A stretch of 63,470 bases of DNA, the filler included, from Welwitschia mirabilis (lineage: Eukaryota), in the NCBI GenBank assembly GCA_051453625.1. It is 4 parts of one record of this genome, joined end to end, with 100 filler letters (N's around TTAATTAATTAA, not from the genome) between each part and the next. Parts side by side here need not be neighbours in the genome. Positions count along the whole stretch, not along the records: positions 1 to 23,439 come from JBOZIK010000001.1; positions 23,540 to 30,223 come from JBOZIK010000001.1; 2 more parts are not named here. One strand, given 5' to 3'. Shown in pieces: positions 12,574-24,159 of the stretch. The position numbers were made by a program, and so were the translations under genes. Below the pieces are notes generated by a model. It was not told the DNA's origin and ran no database searches. It saw only the letters and a list, made by a program, of their open reading frames with translations. Within the stretch, counting starts at the first letter, position 1; each line of letters opens with the position of its first letter.

Positions 12574-15500
12574 TGTATATATGTAAATAAGTATAGTTTT
12601 AGATAAGGGTCTTAATGAAAGGAAATAAAGATCAAGCAGCAAGTAAGGAAGCAGTTGAAGAAGTGAAGAATTTGATGAAGGGAGTCAGGAGATTACCCAA
12701 CTCGCTGCCATGCATTGATTGGATGCATGGCAAAACAGTCTCAGTTTCAATTCAAAAATTACAGATAAATCACTACAGTAGCTCAAAAATTGGGCAGTGG
12801 ATTCTTTTTCTTGGAAATTCCTCTAAGCAAGTCAAAGTTCTCAAGTATAGGCTTAAGGTTTCTCTTGCATTACTGTATAACTTGCTACCCAAAAAAAAAG
12901 GTTTGGTAGGAAGAGGCATGGAATAGGAGGCCACGGTATCTACCTAGGTTGTACCCCTGGAGCAAGTTCTAACACCATCTGCGAGTTTGTAGAATAGTTT
13001 AAGCATGGCTGAAATGCTATTCACACTACAAGCCAATGACAATGGTGTCTTGCCTTTAGAAAACATCACTTTATAGAGTCCAAAACGATCTTCAGCTTAT
13101 CTACACTGCTTTTGTCATGATGTTGTATTATTGCTATCACAGTGCAAGCCAAGGCAAACCAAATACGCCAAGGACAGAAAGCAGCAAAACTAATCCACAG
13201 GACGAAGGTGATGTAAAAGGGATAGCCTTAAGTGGCGAAAAACTGGAGAGTGCATAAAAGACATCCCAAAGGGAGGGCCTTGAGTGGCAAAAAGTCAGAG
13301 ATCACATGGAAGGCATCGCAAATGGACAGCCCACACATCGAACAAACGTGAAGGAAACGTCAATGGCATGGGGAGCACCATGCATGCGCATAGAGGTCAC
13401 ACATGAAGCGATGATAAAGCACGAAGAAGGAGGGGACTTTAGGTACATATGAAAGAAAGTAAACAGTCCAAAGGGAAAGGGCAGGGAGCAAGAGCATTAA
13501 AGGGAAGGGTAAGTTTCCCAATGCAAATCTTTTAACTATTAGTTTGCTTTCCTGCATATACATTTATTGTGTGAAATTTTCTTAACATTTCTCATATATC
13601 ATTATCTCCCTTCAAATGAACACTTCATATTGGAATGTTTTGTGTTTTTGAAAATTTGTTAAGGCATTATGGGTTCTTCTCTCTCCATGGAAATTTTTTT
13701 TTTGTACAAAACGAAATACTTGTGAAAATGCTTGTTGGAGAATGGTGGTGTAAACAACAAAAGTGATTTCTTAATATTATTCCTTGTTAATCTGAATACA
13801 CCTCCATCTTCATTCTTAGGCTTTTAAGTAACATTCATCATTCAGGTTTGAGCGTCGGTCTCTTCTGTTGCATTTCCACATACTTCCTCATGTGTTAGTA
13901 GCTTTTCAGTTAAAAATATAAGTCAATTCGAAATGGCATTCAGTTTCTTGAGTAACATCATTATGGAATAAGTCTGTGTGCTGCATTTTCTCTTTTCTAA
14001 GCACTCTTGGTTGGTTTTGCATTGGTTTCTCGCCTATGTCACTAATTAGATTTTTAAAATATTAAACATCTTCAAGAACATTAGGCAATAAAAATTGTAT
14101 TACTAAGCTCTTCAATAGTAGCAATTAGACTAGCAAATATGAAGAAAATGATACATTAGCAAGCAAATATATTCATATTATGTGATATGATATTTGATAT
14201 ATGTTGTGCTTTTTTTTTATATATGCTATATTATATAGTATATCATAATACATATACATATAACATTATATTATATTATATATTAGGTTATACTTCTACT
14301 ATATTATGTTAAGTTATTCTATTTTATCATATATTATAATATATCATATTAAATCATATTCTAGTAATATCTGTTATATTACCTTATGTTAAATTATGTT
14401 ATTGTATATTATTTGATATTTAGTTGCCTCATATGCATAATGTTACAACTATAATATAAAGGTAGATATATTTACTATGAAATGTATTAAGAGGTACTAG
14501 TATCAATTTGATTAATAAGATATTACATGCATACATACTCTTATTTTTATCATCAGTCTAATATGCAACTCTATACGAACTTATGTGATAGCCATATTGT
14601 GATTTTACATCATTATATCAAATTTAAAACACATGTATTATATTATATAATACATATTTATTTATTGTACTACATTAATTTAGATTATATTAAGTTATAA
14701 TACAACATTATTTTTACCTTGTGTTATATTATAAATAGTATATCATAGATATGCTATATTATACAATATTATTTTATATTATAACAATATTATATTATAT
14801 AAAAATTAATATAATATATTACAGTATCTTGTACTTATAATATCATATTATACTGCATTTATAATATTATATTATATTATATTATAATTATATTATATTA
14901 CATCATAATATAATGGTAGTATATATGATATATAATCTTATGCTACATTGCATGGAAAATATAATTGCATATGTAATGAAATATACTATATCACATAATA
15001 GGCATAATACTATTATTTTATAATATGATATTCCATATGCTTATTATACTATATCATATGTGTGATATTATATTTTCTTATAATATGCGACCTCATATAT
15101 ATATTACTTTCTATATATATTATAAGTGAAGACATGTTCTATTGTAAAGAAAAGGTTAATGTTAAGAATAGTTAATGATAAAATAAGTGTTTAGATAGGA
15201 TTTAGTTACTATGTTAGCATTATAAAGGGAGTGGTTATGGTTTTTTCTTGACATAATTATATGTGTTTATGTGATGCAAAATAATTATATTATGCATGAT
15301 ATAGTTATCCAAAGATGCAGGTCTAGCACATTTCTTAGTGACTATGGTTACCTTAATGTGTCTTATCGCAATTTAGGTATGTTACCTTAAAAATTCTTAT
15401 ATGTTCATGCTCATAAATTAAATGTTTTAAGTAGTTATTTGTTATGTTATATATAATGATATACCATTAGTTATTTTTCTATGATGCTCATTGAAAATAG

Positions 15501-15599
15501 CTAGGCATAGAATTAGCTTCTTTTATCCTTTAACTTCTATAATACCAAGTCTATTGTGACTAGTGATCTAATTCAATGGCATATGGACTAGTTCCTTTG

Positions 15600-15739
15600 G
15601 GCATTTTATATAATTACATATTATTAGATTCATTATATTGTGTTATAAAAGGAGTAGTCATGAGGTACTAGGCATTTTATATAATTACATGTTATTAGAT
15701 TCATTATATTGTGTTATAAAAGGAGTAGTCATGAGGTAC
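15600..15739 (+). repeat. ~71-bp direct tandem duplication
   Basis: ggcattttatataattacat.ttattagattcattatattgtgttataaaaggagtagtcatgaggtac occurs twice. Confidence 0.9.
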
Positions 15740-17836
15740 CCTACCGCAATGGCATGTGTGTGTATACCTATGTGTTAACCACATTTTTGCATAATGTTAT
15801 ACTATTGATATTATTCCTCCCATTGGCTAATACTAAGATGAGGGAGAGAGTCGAGGGACCTCTTGACATGCTTAGCTTCTATATGCCTAATAGATAATTT
15901 TGGCTAAGTGACTAGGGGGTTCACTATATATTCATTTGGGTACCTATATATGATTTATGATAACATACATATGCATTGTCACCGTTCATGCATTAGAATT
16001 CTGTAACACCCAAACTTTAATTACCCTAATTAACCATAATTTTTTTTTTTTTTGTATTCGTTATTAACTATCATGCACAATGGAACCTAGGATCAAATCC
16101 TATTTAGACTCTATTANNNNNNNNNNNNNNNNNNNNNNNNNNNNNNNNNNNNNNNNNNNNNNNNNNNNNNNNNNNNNNNNNNNNNNNNNNNNNNNNNNNN
16201 NNNNNNNNNNNNNNNNAGGCATAGAATTAGCTTCTTTTATCCTTTAACTTCTATAATACTAAGTATAATGAGACTAGTGATTAGACTCAGTGACATGTGG
16301 ACTAGTTCCTTTGCACATTTATATATTTACATATTATTAGATTTATTATATTGTATTATAAAAGGAGCAGGTATGAGGTATACTACTGAAATGGCATGTG
16401 TGTATGTATACCTATGTGTTAATCGAATTTTTGCATCATGTTATACTATTGATATTATCCCTCTCATTGGCTGATATTAAGATGAGGGAGAGATTTAAGG
16501 GATCTCTTTACATGCTTAATTGATTGGGATACCAATGGTTATACATATATTTTTTCCCCTCCCTTTGGCATAGACTAAGATGAGANNNNNNNNNNNNNNN
16601 NNNNNNNNNNNNNNNNNNNNNNNNNNNNNNNNNNNNNNNNNNNNNNNNNNNNNNNNNNNNNNNNNNNNNNNNNNNNNNNNNNNNNACTAGTATTATTCAA
16701 GCACGTTTAGAGTACCAAAATTTCTTCTCAATCTTTCATCCTCTTGAGTGTGGAGTTGGAGCTTAGAGCTTAAACATGGAGGTTAAAAACTTAGATATAA
16801 GATCTTGGAGCTTAGCACTTTCTTAATCGTCTTCAAGAATCATCAATCTTCTTCCCTCCAAGTAGGTTCTTCTTTCATGAGAATTTTATCTCTATTTCTT
16901 CCATTAGGCCTATGCATATGATTTGCATTTTCCCTTTCATTGCCTGATATTAAGATAAGGGAGAGATTTAAGAGATCTCTTTACCCTCTTAGTTAATGGG
17001 GCTATTAATGGTTTATATATATATATTCATCCCTCTTATTGGCATAGACTAAAATAACAGAGAGAGTTAAGGGACCTCTTAACATGCTTAGCTTCTATGT
17101 GTCTAATGGATATTTTGGCCAAGTGACCAAGGGGTTCACTATGATTTTTAGGTATCATATATGATTATGTTAATATACATATGCATTTCCATTGTTCATG
17201 CATTAAAATTCCTTATTAGTAATGATTATTGTGTCCTTAAGGGTTCTAATCGGATGTCTCCTGTATTTTTTAAACATAGCTATGATGCTTGTGTATATAT
17301 ATATGTAAATAATACCTTTTGGTAACATGTCATTTTAATATTTTATGATACTGTTTTTCTAGTTGAGTTGGATATTGTGTTTATTACATTTGTTTATGCT
17401 TAATTTTGCTCATATGCAATTAACATGGATTACCTTGATCTATCATACACTCATGTGTATTGGTGTGAATGGGAGTGAGGTCCAAGATAGAACTACATGT
17501 AGTTTGAACTCCTCTAGATGAGGTTACATAGGTTTGTTTTCTTGGCTATTGATGTAACTAACCATTCGATCGCAACTCAGACACCCCTCTAGTGTGTTTC
17601 TAAATGAGATTTTTAAATAACCATAAGTTTGGATGTGCTATTAATTAGGTGAGCTATACTTATTTAGTTTTCCTGAGATGTACCCTATGGGAATTTAAGA
17701 GATAGTCTCTTGATTACAAACTAGTTAATTTGCTGTAACGAATGTTTAATTATGTCATGTAAGTTTATTATATATTTTAAAGAAAAATTCATGTTTTTCA
17801 TGCTTCTTAAGTCTAGCCTAAAACCAGGTTGTGACA

Positions 17837-19000
17837 ACATCCAAGATGGAGAGGAGAGTCAAAGGGGGTTTCTTATTTATAGGGTTATATAGCAAAATTG
17901 TTACATAAAAGAACTCCAAAATGTGCTCCATTATAGGAAAAAAATGGATGAAATGGTTAAGGTCAGTTATCAGAGTTGGTTACAGTGGTCATTCTGACTA
18001 TTAGCCAGACATCATAAGGCACAATATCTCTTTATAAAAGATGACTTAGCAGATGANNNNNNNNNNAGTCCATATCAGCATGCAAATGTATCATTATCTT
18101 GTCTATCATAGGGACAATACAGGGAATGACTATCTTCTTCATTCATTTCAATGAAGGAAGGCAAGTCTTTCTATCATTAATCTTCCTCTAAAGCTTTGTG
18201 TATCAAAATGTGTCTTAAATGCTTTAAGTATTACAAATGATTGCATATTTCTCAGATCTTCTATTGATTCTTTAAAATCCTTAGACGTACATCTAAACCT
18301 GTGNNNNNNNNNNNNNNNNNNNNNNNNNNNNNNNNNNNNNNNNNNNNNNNNNNNNNNNNNNNNNNNNNNNNNNNNNNNNNNNNNNNNNNNNNNNNNNNNN
18401 NNNAGGTGGGGGGGGAGGAGGAAGGGTTGGGAGGGTCTTATGTATAATATTAGAAAGCAAAACTGACATACAAAAGGTATTACAAAATGCACTACATTAT
18501 AGCAAGTCTTATGTATAACATTACAAAGCAAAAATGACATACAAAAGGTATTACAAAATGCACTACATTATAGTAAAGAAATAGATGAAACAGTTAAAAT
18601 TCGACTCTCAGTGTTAATTAAAATCGTAATCCTACTATCATCCAGATGATCAAGGGGATGATGGCTCTTTATAAAACATGACTCAACAATACCAACTTAG
18701 CCTCTACATTATCATCTAATAGTGTCTTCATCCTAGCTATCGTGGGGATAACAAAGGGGATGATAGTATTCTTTATCATCCAAGTGAGGATAAACTATCC
18801 TTTTTCATTAATAATCTTCCTCCAAAAGTCATGTGTATCAGAATGTGCTTTAAATGCTTCAAATCTTGCTAAGAATTACACATTTATGAGATCTTTTATA
18901 AATTCTCTAAAATCCTCAGAATTACATCTAAACCTATATAAATGTCCTACAAAATAGCTCATAAAACACCATCAAATATACACAAATTGGCAGCACATCA
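17837..19000 (-). mobile_element. Athila-like LTR sequence (two partial copies separated by a gap)
   Basis: Family LTR motifs; ends aaattggcagcacatca (TGATGTG start on minus). PPT-like ctaagtgaagggcta on minus at 19001-19015. Confidence 0.8.
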
Positions 19001-22000
19001 TAGCCCTTCACTTAGTCTTTGTCAGTCCCTGATAAAAAAATAGGCAAGAAACCACAAATGCAAGCCAATTTGTCTTACAAAAAATCAATTTAAAAATTAT
19101 AAAATAGGATTATAAACACATGACATAGCAAAATAACATGTAATTCATGACTAGTAAAGCAAAAAAAAAGTAGACAAGAGTGAGAAGGCAGATGATGGAT
19201 ATTTTTTCATTTTGATTTTAGACAACTTATAAATTAAGTGCAAAGTTAAGTAAATAAATGTCAATTTTGAAAAATATAGAGGTATAAAATATTTTGACAA
19301 GGAAAAAAAATGTTTCATCATAAAATGATTATGAGCATTATTGAGAAACTCCAAAATACAAAAAATAAACATCACAAAATTATTTAAGTAAGAAATAAAC
19401 TCTTTATTGAAAACTAACGAAAAGCATTAAATGATAAGAAAATAAAGAAATGACTTTGAAACAACTAACTGAACTAAAAAAGCAAATAAAAAGAATAGAC
19501 ATAAGGCAATATAAAGAAGATAGCCTATCTATCCAAAAGTTTAACCTAGCAGTCTCCCATGAAAGAAATCATAATATCACTTGACTTTAAAATACATGAG
19601 TTGATGTATAAAAAATTCCATTCAATGAAGTAGTGATTATGATGATGCTAAAAATAAAATGCTTAAAACAATGAATGACTAGACCAAGGATTTACTCAAA
19701 AATGAACTTACCTATTGACATTTCAAAACAAACACCTGAATCTTAAAATATGAAATGATCATGTGGAAAGACTAAGAGTTTAGGAAATAATCAATGTCTC
19801 TGATAAAACCAAGAATACCGCTAATTCCATAGCTTCCAAGTTTTTATTATTTTATCATCTATGAGGAGGAAAGTTGAATCACAGTTAGAGAAGTAAGGAC
19901 TTATAAAGCATAGCTAACTAACCCCTTAGTGGAGTTCCCATAGCTACCATGTTACTTTACCAAAGGCTCTTCTCGTAAATATTTGTCATGATCTACTTGC
20001 AGTAAGATATCATGATGACCATGTTCTTAAAATATCTTAAATATAAAACATCATGGTCTTTTTATTATTATTATTAGTTTTAAAGGCATACAAGAAAATA
20101 TTTTACATGGAAAAAAATTTGAAAAGACAAAGATGAAATCATAAAATAAAGATAGAAAAGAATATTCATAAATAATCTAAGATTATTTTATCATTAAGAA
20201 AAACATAAAAGATGAAGCATCTTCCATTAAAATAAAGTTCATAGATGTTTAAATGTCTTAAGATTGGTTGAATCTAATTTTACAACCATAAAATTCCCAA
20301 GTTAAAGAATAGTCATTAAAATAAATACATGTCATGTTTAAAAGATGATCAAGTCATGTCATAATGACCTTCAAAGAAAAAAAGCTAAGAGAAAAGTTAA
20401 ATGGATACTTATATATTTTTAGCCTTTTTTAATTAAATTTCTAAAATTCTTAAATGATTAAGTTAAAAATATCAATAGATCCATTAAAATGTATTTTCTC
20501 AAAATAATAAAAAGCAAAATAACTAACAGTTATCCTTATCGTCGTCCATAGGACAGAGAGGTTGATAAAGAGAGAAAACAAAAATAAAACATAGAAATCT
20601 AGTAGGAAACTAAAGGTATAAAATAAAAATAGAGAATTTCATCCTAACTGCTATAGGATGACAAAAGGGACAACACACAAAAAAAGCCAAAACAGAAAGC
20701 TGAAAATAAAATCCAAGTCAAAATTATAAGAATAAAAAAAGGAAACACTAAAGCTAGTAAATTGTATTCAAATCCTAACATCTATTTAACACTCTTATTG
20801 AAGGGAAAGAAAGAAGAAAGGATCTATTTAGATAATCTTAAAATGTTGCATTTTTTCAGAGAAATAAGATTCAAATCAAATGTTCATCAATTGATAAAAC
20901 ATGAAAGGTATATGATTATTTTCAAGTAAAATTAATTAGAGGAAGAGAGAAATAACAGATAAAACTTTATGGGATCACATAAAAGCATGAATTTTAGAAG
21001 TCAAAAGGAAGATTAATGTTGATCGGGTAAATGATTTTCATTGGTTATAAGAGTCATATTTTGATCATTATAATGAAAAATATATTCCAGCCCACTAAAA
21101 CGATTTTTTAGATTCAAGTTCAAATTATGAGTTTCAATTTATGGCTTATGCAGTAGACAATATCTCTCAAGGTGAGTTTTCATTTAATACTTAAACTTCC
21201 TTGTAATCTAAGGGTTTTATTTAATTTTCATCTAAAAAATCATGCTCAAACTTGGATACATTGATGGTTTCTAAATTCTTAGTCTCAATTGGATCAACAT
21301 AAAGTATAGGCTCATGTAATGTTGATTCTCTTTCTTCAAGGGAATGATGTTGAAGAAATAAGTTTGGTTTGATATTATCTTCTAAGTCCATTTCATTACC
21401 TAGGCCTTTCTGAATGGCATTAAAAACTCTAATGATAAATTTTTTATTTCCAAAATGACACTTCATCATTTGAATCCTTGTGTCAATAATGTAGTGGCCT
21501 GTTGCATAGAAGGCTTATTTTAGAAGTAATGGGTATCCTCTGTTGTGTTTAACTTCTATGATAATTACATCTGTTGGGTAGCAAGCCTTTTTAATTTAGA
21601 TCACTAAATCTTTAATAACCCCTAAGGGTTTCTTAAGTGAAGTGCCTTCTAATTCTAAAAGAATTTAAGTAGATTCTATTCTATCCTATAAACCAAGTCT
21701 CTTGCAAATGTGTAGTGGCATGCTATTAGCATTAACTCCAATGTTAATTAAAGATCTTCTAATTTTTTAATTTTCCTTTAATGTAACCTTTACTGTTGCT
21801 ACCCCTAGATCTTTAAATTTGAAAGATTTTTACAATACTAAATTCATAAGGAATTAAGATAGAATGACTCTGTGAGGAATAATTCATTTTTATTTTCTTC
21901 TTATTAAATATTTTCATAGCTTTGAGTACCTCAGATTTTGTTGTAACAATTTATAGAAGTATAAGTTTATGCTTACATTTTTCATTAAGACATTAAGATG

Positions 22001-23344
22001 TTCATTGAAAGTTCAATTATTATTAAGCCTATCAAGCCAAGGGGTTGTATGTTATTTTTCTAATTATTGTGAAGAGCTTTTTTTCTTTTTACTAAGAAAA
22101 GAGAAGTTATAATCTTCTAATATTTCAATATCCTATTCTCATTCATCTTTTATCATGTTATTTTAGAAGATGAAAATTCACATTGAGGACATTTATTTTT
22201 TGATCACTACGTATCACAACCTTATAATTTTTTCTAATTTTATTGGGGTTTAGTAAATGTTGTATTGTCAAAGACTCTTATGGTCTTTGGTTTGCCAACA
22301 TTGTTTGTTAAAGAATGTTGGCATTTTATTTTTATTATAGTTTCATGAGGTTATCAATAAAGTTTTGTAAAAAATAATCTTGATGTTAAAAAGTTAATGG
22401 ACTTGGTGGAGAATTTGAATTTTCGAATCAATTTTAAAAGATTCAGAATTATTTTAAAAATCTGTATTCAGCCTAGATTATACCTGATTTTAATTTATAA
22501 AATTGGAAGATATTTGATTGAAAGCATAAACTTCTTCATGTATTCTCTCTTTATATGTTGGTAAAAGTGGACAATCTTTGATAATGTAATAATTATCCTC
22601 ACATAAATCACATGTTAGCATAACATTTTTTTAGTTGCTGATTTGGCATCTAAGATCATTTTAGTATACTTTTTCATAGTTGTTGTGAAATTTTTAATTA
22701 GATTTTTAGGATTGTAGTCTACCTTCTTTTCTTATTTAATTTCTTTAAAATCTATGATAAGTTGGCTTATAGTACAGTTTTCTTTAAATGTTGGCCAAGT
22801 TTGGCTAACCTCTTCAAGTTCTTCTAATTTTGTCTAGGCATTTTCTAATGTTAGATTTATAAGGCTTTCACCACAAGAGATATACAAGTTATTTTTTATG
22901 GGGATTTAGTTCACTATCAAAGTAGTTAACTAATTCTTCTTATGAAAAAGCATCTACTGGATTAGAGTGGGTTACTACAAAGAAACATTCATATATAGAA
23001 TCATAATCTTTATTTGATTTTTGTGGAAAGTTTGTTACTTATTTTTTCCTTTTTATAATGGTTGCTTCACTCAAGAATCTTTTAATGAAAGTTTTCTAGA
23101 CTTAATTCTAAGATTTTACACTTTTATGAGGTATAGTTTTTGGCAAATTTTTAGCCCTTCTTTTAATGTCATGGAAAATATTATCATATATTTTTTATCA
23201 TTAATTTTTTTTCTTTTTATTTCTTGAGGTAAAAATAAATTTTTCTATATCTGCAATATGTTGAAGGAGATCCTTATCATCTTCTCCACTAAAGGTTGGG
23301 TAGGCATTTAGATTCTTTATTCAACATTATCTTCTAGGGGTAAG
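19001..23344 (-). mobile_element. Athila-like internal region: degenerate gag and aspartic protease followed directly by the 3' UTR
   Basis: Minus strand LNAYPTFSGEDDKDLLQHI (gag, ~23260-23310) and LINIGVNANSMP (protease, ~21720-21755). No RT or integrase motifs seen. The 3' UTR is homologous to 42366-44500 and 59940-61141. Confidence 0.7.
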
Positions 23345-23439
23345 TGTTTCAGTATATATTTTTGCAAGTTTTTACATTCAAAGAGATCCTATCATTTATA
23401 ACTAAAATAGATATCTTACATAATACATCATACTAGTAT

Positions 23440-23539
23440 NNNNNNNNNNNNNNNNNNNNNNNNNNNNNNNNNNNNNNNNNNNNTTAATTAATTAANNNNN
23501 NNNNNNNNNNNNNNNNNNNNNNNNNNNNNNNNNNNNNNN
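23440..23539. other. Artificial 100-nt scaffold spacer (also 30224-30323 and 59823-59922)
   Basis: 44N + TTAATTAATTAA + 44N; stop codons in all six frames. Confidence 0.95.
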
Positions 23540-24156
23540 ACAATGAATATACCGATTTAGAAAAGTGAAAATAAAATCTCTAGGTCATCTATTGCCTAGC
23601 TATTTATAATGGAGGGTTACTAGGATTTATTACAAATAAATTACATCTCTAATGGCTATAAATGGCTAGAAAATGTCTAGGTAATGGCTAAATAATGGAT
23701 ACATAATGTCTATAGCTTTTAATTTTTCTCACTATCTGGTCAACCCCATGAAAATCCGGTCGACCCCATGAGAACTCAGTCGACCTCATCCTGGGTCTGA
23801 TCGACTCCTTGTCTCTCGGTCTAGAACTATGGACTGTCAGCTTCTTAGGTCCAGTCGATCCCATGAAAATTTAGTCAACACCTCTCCTCTTAGTTTGAAA
23901 CTATTAGTTCTTGATCATGGGTCAGTTAATTACTTTATAATCCAATCGACCCCTCTGGGTTCAATTTATTTCTTTGTAACTACTTTAATTGCAGTCGCTT
24001 CCTTTAGAATCCAATTGATCTCCACTGGAGGTAAACATAATTAAGCAGTTTCTTTACTGCATTTTGGTCTAAATCTTTTACCTGCAAAACTCAATCTCAT
24101 CTATGCACAATATGTAACAATTTACACTACATAAGAAAAATTAGTTTAACATCAAT
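23540..24156 (-). mobile_element. Sirevirus-like copia LTR fragment
   Basis: Cluster of (G/A)GTCGACCCC-type palindromic motifs at 23738-24020, a TATAAATAG on minus near 23600, and a terminus resembling that of the 54919 LTR. Confidence 0.55.
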
Positions 24157-24159
24157 TAG

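Larger units (their letters stand above)
2238..17836 (+). mobile_element. Non-autonomous Tekay/Del-like LTR element with very long LTRs (2238-11902 and 12009-17836) and a ~106-bp internal region
   Basis: Both LTRs start TGTAATACTCC and end GGTTGTAACA/GGTTGTGACA. PBS TGGTATCAGAGC at 11905-11916; purine tract AAGAGGAAGAAA before 12009. Flanks GCATT (2233-2237) and ACATC (17837-17841) each differ by one transition from the GCATC seen in the uninterrupted Athila LTR copy near 33309. Confidence 0.75.

Noticed and set aside
16002-16116. TGTAACACCC start of another nested LTR; also unrelated sequence at 16686-16910
   Set aside because: Both run into gaps, so extent and identity cannot be determined.
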